Assembly (NCBI GenBank): GCA_036785375.1
Contig: JAWMAR010000010.1
Span: forward strand, 9,362,001 to 9,426,000
Direction of reading: 5' to 3'
Length of the DNA: 64,000 nt
DNA from: Leucoraja ocellata
Taxonomy: Eukaryota
Shown piece after piece: positions 34,556-48,235 of this stretch; positions within the stretch are counted from its first letter, which is position 1, and each line of letters opens with the position of its first letter. A model generated the notes under the pieces. It was not told where the DNA came from and ran no database searches. It was given only the letters and a program-made list of their open reading frames with translations. The position numbers and the translations under genes are program-made.

Positions 34556-37500
34556 ATGCTTGACGAATATCGCACTGCCGCGAAAATATTATACGTGGTC
34601 ATTGCTGTCGTTGGAGTCCCTGGTAAGTAAGCAAAACAATTCAAGTTTTAGAACTCAGTTTGCTAACTAGAGTTGACAGTATTCGTATTATGTTGCAAGC
34701 TTCCAAACTGATCGTCGTTGGAAAAGAGTTAGTCAATGCCATAAATTCTTTCTGTTAAATATCCTGACTTTTTGCTGTTGTTTTTAATTATTTTCGAACA
34801 TTGGAAACTAACCTTTTTCTATACCTGCCGTGACCCATTGGAATGCAATTCTTACCTTCAGTGGAACCTTGCCCAGATTTAACCCAGCGCCCGGGACAGG
34901 CATGGTGTGAATGGGAGGGGTTTACATTGCGACGTCCACTGTGTCTGAGTTATTGATCGGAGTAAACAGCCGGTCCCGTGGACATGTCTCACTATGGTAT
35001 CTATCACAGTCGATTACACCGCCTGATGATCAGTAATTGGATTGATCACCTGAAACAAATCCCGTGGATTTACCGGCGTGTGTTGTTACCGACTGGAAAT
35101 CACTGTGGATGGAATCAATTAACGCAGCCACTCTGCTGCTGGATACTAAGTTGGCCCTGTCTTTCCATTGGAGCCCTCGCAGTCCCCATCAGATGCCGAG
35201 TTCCGTGAGCCCTGGCAAAACCATGGCCGTTCACGGTTAACTCGATGTAACCGGCCCCATCAGAGACGGTGGATAGGGTGAATTATAGAAAGGACCATTC
35301 CGCCTAGTAGTGGATGGCTGCTCATTCGCTTCCCGCTCTTTACCCCGCCCATCGCCTTATCTTTGCCCCCCCCCCTGAACCGACAGTTCGGACACAGTCT
35401 GACAATGTTTCAAAATGTTGATTTTTAGCTGAAAGTCGAACCGGTGAACTGCCCCGGACAACGTGTTCAGAAAGCGGGAATCAAGAGGATAGGGTCATGT
35501 TCAAAGAGAAACCGAAGACAATTAGAAAGGCAATGCGGGGATAAAAGATGAGGTTCGAAGGTAAGCTAGCCTAGAATATAAAGGACAGCAAAAGCTTATT
35601 TAGGAATATGAAGAGGAAAACACCAGTTAAGACCCTTGAAGACCGAAAAATGTATTGTTGGGAACAAATGGCTGATGTGTTGAACCGATACTTTAGATCT
35701 ATCACACAATCTTCCTGATGTAGTGGTGGCCATTAGATCTGGGTTGACGGAGGAACTGAAGGAAATCCACATTAGGCAGGAAATAATGTTGGCTAGACTG
35801 ATGGGACTGAAGGCTGATAAATCCCCAGGACCTGATGGTCTGCATCCCAGGTTACTTAAGGAAGTGGCTCCAGAAATTGTGGACGCAATGGTAATCATTT
35901 TCCAATGTTCTATAGATTCAGGATCAGATCCCGTAGATTGGGGGGTAGCTAATGTTATTTCACTTTTTAAGAAATGCATGAGAGAGAAAACAGGGAATTA
36001 TAGACCAGTTAGCCTGACATCGGTGGTGGGGAAGATGCTGGGGTCAATTATAAAGGAAATAAAACCGTGAATGAAATAGCGGCACATTTTGCTAACAGGA
36101 TTAGTCCGAGTCAGCATGGATTAACGAAGGTTAAATCATGCTTGACTAATCTTCTGGAATTTTTTAGGATGTAATTAGGAAAATGGCCAGTCGGGTGTGG
36201 TGTACCTGAACTTTCAGAAAACATTTGATAAGATCCCACATAGGAGATTAGTGGGCAAAAGTATGGCATATGGTATTGGGGGTAGAGTGCTGACATGGAT
36301 AGAAAACTGGTTGGCAGACAGGAAACAAAGAGTAGGGATTGACGGGTCCCTTTCAGAATCGCTGGCAGTGATTTGTGGGGTACCGCAAGGCTCGGTGTTG
36401 GGAGCAGCTATTTACAATATACATCGATGATTTAGATTTATTTTCAAAGTAACATTAGAAAATTTGCAGATAACACAAAGCTGGGAGCAATGTGAACCGT
36501 GAGGAGGATGGTGCGAGAATGGGTGGATGCAGGGTGATGCTGTGTGACTTGGACAGGTTGGGTGAGTGGGCAGATGCATGGCAGATGCAGTTTAATGTGG
36601 ATAAATGTGAGGTTGTCCACTTTGGCTGCAAAAACAGGAAGGCATATTATATCTAAATGGTGTCTAGTTGACAAAAGGGGAAGTGCAACGGGATGTGGCG
36701 GTTCTTGTTCATCAATCAATGAAAGTAAGCTTGCAGGTACTACAGGCAGTGAAGAAAGCGAATGGCATGTTGGCCTTCATAACAAGAGGAGTTGGGTATC
36801 GGAGCAGAGGTCCTTCTGCAGTTGTACAGGGCCCTAGTGAGACCACACCTAGCGTATTGTGTGAGGTTTTGAGGAAGGACAATCTTGTTATTGAGGGAGT
36901 GCAGTGTAGGTTCACAAGGTTAATTCCCTGGATGGCGGGACTGGCATATGGTGAGCGAATGGAGCGACTGGGCTTGTATTCTCTGGATTTTAGAAGGATG
37001 AGAGGCAATCTTATCGGAACATAAAATATTATTATGGGTTTGGACACGCCAGGGGGCGGAAACATGTTCCTGAGGAGACCAGAACCCGGGGCCACAGTTC
37101 AAGAATAAGGGGTATGGCAATTAGAACGGAGATGAGGAACTTTTTTCACACAGAGAGTTGTGAGTCTGTTGTGAGAGTTGTGGAGACCGGTTCTCTGGAT
37201 ACTTTCAAGAGAGAGCTAGATAGGGTTCTTAAAGATAGCAGAGTCAGAGGATATGGGGAGAAGGCAGGAACGGGGTACTGATTGTGGATGATCAACCATG
37301 ATCACAGTGAATGGCGGTGCTGGTTCGAATGGCCGAATGGCCTACTCCTGCACCTTTTGTCCATTGTCTATAATGCCCAGTGTCCGTCTCCTTCTCTTTC
37401 TGCAGCGAATATAGTAGCGATTGTGATCCTGTCCCGAGGAAAGATTGGCCTCTCCACATGCACCACTCGCTATCTGATGGCCATGGCAGCGGCCGATCTA

Positions 37501-38313
37501 CTGGTGGTTATCATCGAGGTAATTTTGTTCCGGCTCCGATATTTTTACTTCCAGTGGACTTTCCTATTCATTTCACCGACGTGCAGTGTCATCGCCGTTT
37601 TAACGTATATAGCTACAGACTGTTCAGTCTGGTTCACCATCTTTTTCACCTTTGATCGGTTTGTCGCCATTTGTTCCCAGAGGCTGAAAAGAACATATTG
37701 CACCGGGAAAACTGCGACTGCTGTTCTCGCAACAGCCGGCGTCCTGCTATGTCTGAAAAACGTTCCCCGCTACTTCACACTGCGCCCCGTAGTGATCATA
37801 GACAATGTCCCCTGGGGCTGTTTCGCGATGGATACTTTTTTCACTGACCCCGGGTGGGTGGCATTTGACTGGATCGACACCGTTTTAAATCCACTCCTCC
37901 CTTTCTCTGTAATCATGCTGCTCAACGCTCTGACAGTCCGGCACATTGTGGTGGCCAGTCGGGTGCGTAAGTGGCTGATGGGTCAGAGCAAGGGGGAGAA
38001 CCGTATTGACCCGGAGATAAGGAGCAGGAGGCGGTCTATCATTTTGCTCTTCACCATTTCCGGAAGCTTCATGCTCCTGTGGCTGATGAAAGTTGTTGAA
38101 TTCATTTATTATCAGATCACAAGAACTGAGAACAATCTGACACTGTCTGAATGGGTCTTTAACAACATTGGATTTTTGCTGCGAAATCTCAGCTGCTGCA
38201 CCAACACATTTATTTACGCGGCCACACAGTCCAAGTTCAGGGAAGAGTTGAAGAGCGCGTTGAAATATCTGGCCACACAGTGCTTCGGCTCTTTATTAAA
38301 TCGGCGCGCTTAG
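34556..38313 (+). CDS. Two-exon orphan class A GPCR, GPR139/GPR142-like, copy B; join(34556..34622,37406..38313), 324 aa
   Basis: Same splice sites and exon lengths (67 + 908 nt) as copy A, intact frame, 15 amino-acid differences. Confidence 0.9.
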
Positions 38314-41300
38314 CACCTCCCGGAGTCGGCCGCTTCGGGCTCCGGCTCCGTCTCCGGACAATCTCTGCGGGTCCATCCATTGACAAATTTGCGGATAGTG
38401 CAACCATAGTGGGCCGGGTACAAGGTAATGACGAGACGGACGACAGGAAGGCGATATAGAACTTCACAACCCTGTGCCCATCAATATCAGCAAGTCACAG
38501 TGATCAACTTCAGGAAGTAAAGCGGTAAACATACCCCGGTACGCATTGATGGCGCCGACTAGACATGGTTGACACTTTGTATTTTTACTTCAGTTACTTT
38601 GTGTTTTTACCCCTTTACCCAACAACTGGTCCTTTGGCAAATATTGGAATAATTCCATTGTGGGTGTAGAACACCATTCCGTAATGTCCAACCGCATAGG
38701 GTTAAGCATCATCTGAATGTGACGGCAATGGGGAATAAAGGTCGCTCTTTCTTCCTTTGGAGTCATCACAAACCCGTGACCATCTACCACCTTCACATCC
38801 TCATCAGAGAGGGTCGGTCTCTCGGCAGCTGTGGCCCAAAAGAAGTGAGTTGAACACCTATTTAACCAAACCATGCAATGATGATTACAGTAATGGTTTC
38901 TGCAGACCCACTTCGGGGGAAATAAACCGCATTTGTATCTTTGCCGTTTGATATCGAAGGAGCAAATTCAAAACAGTACAATTTGAAAACATCCAATTAA
39001 CATTTTCCCCTTCACTCTGCAATGATTGCCCAATGATTAATATAAACTCCATTTGTACAGGTGACTATTTACTGGGTGTCGCCGTAGACGGCAACCTCGC
39101 CACCAGTCTGTCCCGTCCTTTTCTTCATTTGATGTTTTCAGTCTGTCCCGTCCTTTTCTTCATTTGTTGGTTTCAGTCTGTTGTTAAATATATGTTTTAT
39201 TGTGTCTTTAGTCTTGTCTTATTTGCGGGGTGGCGGGGGGGGGGGGGGGGGGGACTTCATTTTATCTCTTTCCTCGACAGAGATGCGACCTTCTCCGTGT
39301 CGTATCTCCGTCCGCACTGCAGCCAAACAACGTGGAGCTGGCGGTATCTTTGCTGGGGATCGTCCTCGGGAGCTCCAACGCGGGAGCCTGCGGACTTAAT
39401 ATCGTGGAGCTTGCGATTCCTTGGTGGGGGATCGACTTCGGTTAGCTCCAACCGCAAGAGCTTTGACCGCTGCGATCGCCGGAGCTTCGATCGCCACGAA
39501 TCAGATTCCTTGTATGTTTTTAAATACTTGGTTAATAAATTAATTACAATTACAATTACAACATTAGAACTTAGCCACTTTAACACTAATGTTGTATCAC
39601 CCAATTTCTAATTACCTAATTCCCGTCCATCAGCATATTAGCTTCAATGCTTATTTTCTCCTTTTCGCATTTTTGATCGTTTATTGATCAATTAACTCAT
39701 TCTTAAGTGCATGTATTGTTTTACTGACTCTTGGATGTGTTCGATAACTTTTCCCTTTCCGTTACAAACCTCTGCTCCTGACGTTTTTACATCTTCAGTC
39801 TATTCATAACTCACTGTCATCAGCCCACATGTATTAACCCGTTCCGTCTCGCTGGGGCTGCTTTGAATTTCATTAGAATGGCCGAGAGTACCTTAGTCCA
39901 TCCCTATCCATTCTTGGTCAAAGCTTTAGTCACACTGTTCCTTCGTGTTCTGTTCATTCGCTCCACAATTCCAGAACTCTGTGGGTGTTGGGGAGTGTAA
40001 AATTGGTGGTAAACTCCTAACAAAGCACACGCTCCCTTCATTACCTTCCTGCGAAATGTGTTTCCTGATCAGAGCATATCTGAAGTATAATCTCCCATCT
40101 AGGTGATATTTCTTCAGCCAGAATTCGTGTCACGGTTCCGGAGGTACAATCCCGACATGAGAATGCCACTACCCAGCGGGTAAAGTGATCAATTAGAACT
40201 AAACAATACATGTTATATCCCATTCATAAACATTCCATCATATACAGTTAACCATGTCCAACCTGAAAGACATATCTGCTGTCGGTATAAATATTCACTC
40301 TCTTTCATTTTCCTAACTTGAGGGCCTCTGTCAAGGCTATTAATTCTGCTACTGTACTGATCTTGTCCCCTGAATCTGCTCCCCTTTAAACATGTTTCCC
40401 TCTCTATCTACCACTGCGCATGCTTTCGAGGGATACCATTATAATATTTCCTTCATCCGTCTATATACATAGTATCTAAATATACTTTTACAATCCTCCT
40501 ATCTTTTTCTGCTACTACTTCATTGCAGCATGCGCTTTTTCTTCATTCGCTAATTGTGGCTGGTTTCAACACATTGTCTTTGAATATCTGTACCTGCTTA
40601 TCCGCTGGCAACGATACACTATCCCATCTACTCCCCCGTCGATTATCTGATACTGCCTTTAGCTTCCCTGCCGCTAAACGTTGCACCATGATACGAGGAC
40701 TGTGGAATTATAGCCACCATTAAAGTGATGGACTTCAACTGAACATGTTGCAGTCAAGTGCTTGAGCACACCGGTGCAGCCGAGAAGCCATGGCAGGATG
40801 GAATCTGCAACCGTCTTATAAATCAATTAAAAATGAATGAATTAGGAAGAAAACAAACAGACAAGTCGAAACAAACCTGCACCTCTACACCGCTCCGTCA
40901 TTTTATTTTATTTAATTTTATTTATTTAATTTATTCCGAACAAGTAAAGACATTAAAGACATTAATAGTAACAACATCGAAATTGTCAAACAATTGGACA
41001 TTACAATCAATATTTACAAGTAATGAAAAGAACAAAAAGCAAATTTCCAATGTCCAACTCTGTGTCTGTACAAGCTCGAAAAGGAGTGAGAAGAAGAATA
41101 ACTTATTAAATCTCACCCCTTTTCCCCAACACTTCTATCATATTTAAAAATCAATTAATTAATAATAATAATAATACTACCCCAGGCAATTTCGCATAAT
41201 ACCTACAGACATATATATATACATACAGCCATTATACACATACAAACTTAATATATGAAGTAACCAAACATAAGTAAACAATTGTAAAGCAATAGACAAA

Positions 41301-44300
41301 CATTAACCCCCACTTGTCAACCATCCCCTCCATCCCGGTACCCCTTGAAAATTATTTTTTTATATATCATTTTTAAATGATTCATGTTTGTACATTGCTT
41401 TAATTCCTCGTTCAATTTGTTCCACACTCCCACTCCACAAACCGAAATACAAAAGGTTTTTCTAGTCGTACGGACTCTTTGTTTCTTAAAATTAAATATT
41501 CCTCTTAAATTGTAACCCCCCACACGCTCGTTAAATGATTTTTGAATGTTTCCAGGTACATTTTTATTTTTGGCCCTAGACATTATCTGAGCTGTTTTGA
41601 ATGTAACCAAAACTTCTAATTTTAATAACTAAAAATAATGGATTCGTATGACACAGATACTTGGCATTATGTATAATACGGATTGCTCTTTTTTGCATCA
41701 TGGTTAATGAGTGTGTCGAATTTTTATAGTTATTGCCCCAGACTTCTGCACAATAATTTAAGTAGGGTAAGATTAATGAACAATAAAGAATACGGAGTGA
41801 TTTATAATCCAGAGCCTGCTTGGCTTTGTATAATACAGAGATACTTTTTGACAATTTTAATTTTACATGTGATTTCCAGCTTATTTTATCATCAATTATA
41901 ACCCCAAGAAATTTATTTTCATCCACTCGTTCAACTTCCACCCCATTTATCTTTATACTTACTAGTTTATTTATTCTGCAATTACCAAATAACATTATTT
42001 TAGTTTTACTCAAGTGTAATGACATTTTATTCCTATCAAACCATATTTTCAATTTACCCATTTCTTTTATTATTTTATCCAATAGCTGTTTTAAATTCTC
42101 CCCAGATCTAATATTGCAAGTGATGTTGATCTGCTTGTTCTGAATCCATATTGACTTTCAGTGATTAATTTATTCTTTTCTACAAATGTATCTAATCTAT
42201 TATTGAACATTTTTTCTAGTATTTTGGAAAATTGTGGGAGTAAGGAAACAGGTCTATAGTTTGTAAAATGATGCTTGTTCCCAGTTTTGTATATTGGTAT
42301 TATTTTTGCTATTTTCATTTGAATTGGAAAAGTACCGGTTTGGAAAGATAAATTACAGATGAATGTTAAAGGTTTGGAGATCCCCTCAATGACTATCTTA
42401 ACTAGCGACATGTCAATGTCGTTGAAATCGGTAGACTTTTTATTTTTACATGTTTTGACAATATCCAGCAGTTCTTTTTCTTCTACTGCCGTAAGAAACA
42501 TAGAGCAGGGATTTCTCTCCACTAAGTTCTCAGGAGTTTCTCCGGATGTCCCTGGATCAGGGATTTGTTTAGCCAGGTCTGGTCCAACATTTACAAAGAA
42601 ATTATTAAAGCTATTAGCTACATCTTCCATATTGTAATTTTCCTTATCCTTATCAATAAAATACTTCGGGTAATTTGTTCTCCCCGGACCATTTCTGATA
42701 ATGCTATTAAGCATGCTCCATATTCTTTTTATGGTGTTTTTATTATCATCTAATTTCTTCTTATAATAATCTTTCTTGCTTTTTCTTATGATGTAAGTTA
42801 ATTTATTTTTGTACTTTTTATATTTATTTTCTGTATCTTTAGTTCTCTTTCTTATAAAATCTCTGTATAGGGCTTTTTTTTTGCAAGCATTTTGTAATCC
42901 CTTTGTAATCCATTGACATTTAGTATATTTTGATTTTCTATTATATTCTTTAATTGGACAATTTTTATCATATAATGACATAGCAATAAATGTTTCATAA
43001 GCACTATCAATGTCTCTTTTTTGCTATATATTATGTCCCAATTTTGTACCAATAAATCCTTTTTTAGTGCATTGATAGCTTCCTCCGATCTCACTCGTCT
43101 ACGTTCTGTTAGTTTATTTGGTTTGTTGTTCCTGTGGATATTATCATAAACTATAGAAACTGGCAGGTGGTCACATATCATTAATTAATAATCCACTTAC
43201 TATTTTATTTTCAACATCAAAATCTTCTGTAAGGTTGTGATGATTAGGATACATAGGATAGTCATTAGATACATTGGGATAGTCATTAAAACATTTGTAA
43301 GAAAACAAAGAATAAACAGTTAATTTCCACATTGAAAGCATCTAACAAATGTCCAAAGACTAAAAGATGAAGGGGTGGAGAGGCCCCATCTCACAATGTC
43401 TTAAAGGGACACGACCCCATTAAGACACATGAGATACAACTAATATATTTCACATTCAGGAGCAGAATCCTATTCCATCGTGACTATATGACTAATTCAA
43501 CATTTCCCCAGATCAAACTATTAAACAATTTAACAATATTTACACTCTCACCTCCCTTCATACAAATCAAAAAATAACTAGCGAGTTGCCACAACACATG
43601 CAACCTGCTGACCCTCACAAACATTCGCATACTTATAACATTCCGGTTGGCCATATGTCCTATCATGCAGGTAATTTGCCCCTGGTCATACTGACAACTG
43701 TCTGAATCAGAGCTACTGGGACAGCAGCTCATTTCTTTATCTCTATGTTCTATGGTAGGTACAGTCCTTAATCCCCAGTATGCCCATCTTGAGACATCTC
43801 ATTGTCTACTTTTTCATCAATGTCGTCTCCATCCATCGGCGGGGCCGTAGCCGACACATCGCCAACTTTATCCCGCAAATGTATTTTGTTCTCGTGCTCT
43901 GCACACTCTAGTGTTATTTTTAACTTTTATTGCTGGTTCTTTGCCATGACTGTGAGTATAATTACTCTATGTTCTTATTTACCCCTTTCTTGTCCCTGCC
44001 ACCTGGTTTTGTCCTCAGCGAGGAGTACTCCGGATCGTATAATTTCTCTCCCAATTACCCGATTACTTTTTGTTGCAGTCAATTATAGGTCGAATACGGA
44101 CCCGAGGAACACAGAGTAGAACCTATAATTGACTGCAACCACGTGACCTGGTCTGCCGTGCAACCTCAATATTGAACATATTGGCAATCCGATCTGAACC
44201 TACCTGTTCGTTTTTGGTCCAAATCCCAACATTTTCTGTATTCCGTGATTCACTTAGCCTTAGGAGCTAATTCGAACTATCTCTTGAAAACAACAACTTG

Positions 44301-46047
44301 AAGACAACAACCTTTATCTCAATACAGTGGGAGAAAGGAGGCGGCGAGACCGACGTTTGCAGCGGCCTCTGCAGCCCGTCTGTTTTTTTTACTTTTGCCC
44401 CGTTGAGTGTATAGTTTGTGGTGATATATATATTGTTTTTAACTGTGCATATGTGCGGGGGGGGGGGGGGGGGTGGGACATTGTTAAATCACTTCCCTGT
44501 CCGGGGGACCTGATGTCTGTCGGATCTCCGTTGTCGTTGGGGCCTAGCACCGTGGAGCGGCCTCCAACCGGAACGACCTGGGGGCTCCAGTCGAGGAGCC
44601 TGCGGACTTACCATCATGGAGCTAGCCCGCTTCGGAGTGTGGAGAGCTGTAGTGGCGCATGGCTGCGACTCGACTCCAGCCGCAGGCCCGTAGACGGTGA
44701 CATCGGGAGCTCGCGGGTCCCTAGTGGGAGACCGCTTTTCGGAGCTCCCGCAACAGCAACTTCTCCGGCCCGAATTGCGGGGTTGAAAACTACCAGGAAC
44801 AGGGCCTTACATCCAGGGCCTGCCCTAGGCCGATTGGACCGATGTTTCCAAATTGGGCCCGCGCCCTATGGGGGCTCCGCGTTAATTTTACGTATTTGAT
44901 ATGGAAATACAAATTCGTTTTGTTAAATAAAGATTTTAAAAAAATATTCGCCGTACGGATTTTTTTTAACTAAACTTGGTTACATGGTGTTAACTACTAT
45001 AGCACTTGTGTAACAGACAGTAGTGTTAACAGCCAGATGTGATAACAGCCAGTAGTTCACAAGTAGTTATCCAATGTGTCATCAATGCATCGATCCACAT
45101 TCCTCAGTAAATGTGTAATTGTGTTTTAGAAGAAGTATTAATGACGAAGCGTTCCTTTGAATACAATTCACGCGGCGTCATTAACACTTCTTCAAAACAT
45201 AATTACATTTTACTGAGGAATGTAGATTGATGCATTAATGACACATTGAGGATTTTTTTTAAACTCACCATCATGAGTGAGAACTTCGTCTTGGTGAGAT
45301 TCTTGGTCTGCAGCAGGTTAGTCATTCAGTTTACCTACCAACCCACGTTGTGTCTCTCTGTCTTTCGTACTCTCCCTCCCTCTCTCTCTCGCGCTCTATC
45401 TCTCTCTCCCGTGCGCTCTCTCTCTCTCTCTCCCGCTCTCTCGAGCTCTCTCGGCATTCCCGGAATCATTGACGCTTTGCGGTAGACAAAAATGCTGGAG
45501 AAACTTAGCGGGTGAGGCAACACCTATGGAGCGAAGGAAATGTGCAACGTTTCGGGTCGAAACCCTTCTTCAGACGCGGCTATTTCCTTCGCTCCATAGA
45601 GCTGCCTCGAGCCCTGTCCCACTGTGCGAGTCCACCCAAGAGCTTACAATCTCTGTGTGGCATCTCTGTCCCTATCTTCAAATTCACACTTTGAAATAAA
45701 ATACTGTTTTCGATTTAAGTAACATTTCGCAGCACGATCGCGATCTGTCGATTCCCATGCTTTTTCAATCATCGTTCGATTCAGTGTAATTTTCACACCT
45801 GGTTGATATAGTTTTTTTTAAAGATACAGTACATTACAATTAATTGTTTCAAGCATACCCGGTATTAAATGCACGAACATTAAGGTGGTTACTGATGTTA
45901 CAAACGGTTATAAATGAATATAATTTAAAAGTGAAATAGGAGATTTCCGTGGAAAGAATATTTTATATGTATTTGTGATATTTTTTAATATGCAATGCAT
46001 TTTTATGTAATGTTGCCCCTTGTCTGGACCTCGAGTCCGTAATAAAC

Positions 46048-46125
<78 letters not shown>
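46048..46125 (+). repeat. (TTA)n microsatellite, ~26 units
   Basis: Direct. Confidence 0.98.
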
Positions 46126-48079
46126 GTACTACTGTTGTCCTTGTGTACGGGATCGGAACCTCGCTGTGATGATACGGTCATTCACAGGTTTACAAGCTAT
46201 CATTGTTTTGTCTGCCTCTTTGTGTAACACCAGTCCTACTCCTCGTATGTGGGGTTTTGTTCACGCCCAGAGTACATCAGTTTTTTTCCTTCGCTTGTTC
46301 GCTTTCCACTTCATCGGACTTCACTCACCCCGAAGATGCCCAGCTCATACTTCTCAAACTCTCTCAGCAGCTGGGATAAGTTCCCAGTCTGGTACAAGGT
46401 CCTGACACTCCAGGTAGCTATTCGCATAGCAGTTTTGGGAAGAGAAGATCTTACTCTTTTTCGGGGCACAAGCTTCCCGGAGGCTTTGGCCCGACCCTGC
46501 CGTCCTTGCAGTTGGCGAGGTCCATCTCTCCTGCCGGTTTCCAGTATAGTTTATGTTTGCTGTTTCCGTAGCGGGTTAGGGTTTTACAGGGTAGGGGTGG
46601 GTGCTCGCTCTACGCCCAACCGTTCCCCTTTGTCCGGGCTTGGGACCGGCACTGGCTTCGGTTGTCCATAACCAGAAGCGGGACGCTAACCTATCGAGGG
46701 TGCAAGACGTCACACATGACCGAACAGAATGGCGAAAGCTTGCTGTCCAATGCACAGAATATGTGAAAAACTAAGTCTAAGTCTAAGTTCTATTTCTAAC
46801 AAACGGTTCTGTCCTTGGATCCACAATTGCCAGAGTTAGTCCTTAAGAAATCTGGAGGTAAAAAACATCATATTCCGCTTGGATAGTTGACATCCCAAGA
46901 GCATCCCTACAACCACCCTTCTTCATTCCCGTTCCCCACATCCAGGGCCGGATTTAGATGAAGAGAGGCCCTAAGCGATTTCACTTGTGAGCCGCCCCCC
47001 ACCCCCACCCCACATCCCCCTCCCAATCCCCCACCCCCACCACTAGAGGGCCATGACTGCCCGACAGTGACAGTGTGACACTTTTAGATCCTACTCTATG
47101 TTGTCATTAAACAGTTGGTTTTAAAATACATATTGGATTCACAGTGGAGCGGGCGATGCCTTACCTGGATCGCCGTTTGAAGCTGGAGTGTTGGGCCTGT
47201 GGCAGGGATGGGGGTTGGGGCCGGAGGAAGGCAGATGAGTGGGCTGAGGCCGAGGCGATGTCTGGTGGAGGGGCGGTGGGTGGTCAGGGGAGAGGGGGTT
47301 TGAGGACTGTAGTGTGGGTTGGGAAGACCTGGGGTCACATGGTTTGAGGGGGATGGGGAACACCCACTGATATTACCAGGGTTAGGGGGGCTAGCACTAG
47401 GACCCAGCGCAGTCAAACCCAGGGGAGTGGGAATCTGCAGCGTGGAAACTTCAGGCCCGGTGCTGAGTCCAGGCTGCAGGTAAGGCGACGGCTGCGGGCT
47501 GCTGGAGGGCGGTGGAGTGGCCAGGGTCAGCGGGCAAAGAGTAGGAGGTCCTGGTGGGTGGATGGTCAGTGATGCAGCGAGGTATGTAGGCCCCCCCTAG
47601 ATCTCGAGGCCCTAAACTTAAGCTTGTCTAGTTTATGCATAAATCCGGCCCTGCCCATAACCTTCCCTGTGAAACGATGTCTCCTTTTTCCCTTCCCTTC
47701 CGCCAATATTCATGCCTCTGGCTCGCAGCTCAATCCTTACATCACCGCATTTATCTTGTTATCTATTGCCTTTGTCTAACTATGCATTTAACAAGCACCC
47801 GTATCCATCTATCAATCGCGAGGTTGTGCCCTGCCCTTCCTCTCTTCCAACTTTCTCTCCCCACTCAGTCTGAAGAAGGATCGTGACACGAAACACTGCA
47901 GATACATTTTCTCCAGAGATGTAACTTTACCTGGTGAGTTACTCATTCACGTTGTGTGTATTTGAATAAACAAGCGCACACAGTTCCTTGTGTCTGGGTG
48001 TAAGATCCAGGTTGAAAGAAACGTGCGAATTGTGGAGCCACAATTGTGGAATATAGGTGGAAAGTGAGGGGAGAAATTT

Positions 48080-48235
48080 GTGAGAATCCAGGTGGGCGAC
48101 AGGGAAAGAGAGGGAGGGGAATGAGCGAAATTGCCTGGGCATTAGTTCAGTTAACTAAAATCGGAGAATTGAATGTCCACACGATTTTGTTGTATGGAAG
48201 CTAAGTGGAATATGAGGTACTGAACTTTGAATTCT
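48080..48235 (-). mobile_element. Penelope ORF C-terminal remnant (segment absent from copy A)
   Basis: QYLIFHLASIQQNRVDIQFSDFS* resembles the Penelope/Poseidon C-terminal motif. Confidence 0.55.

Noticed and set aside
45963-46181. Poly-Ile ORF
   Set aside because: Translation of the (TTA)n microsatellite.
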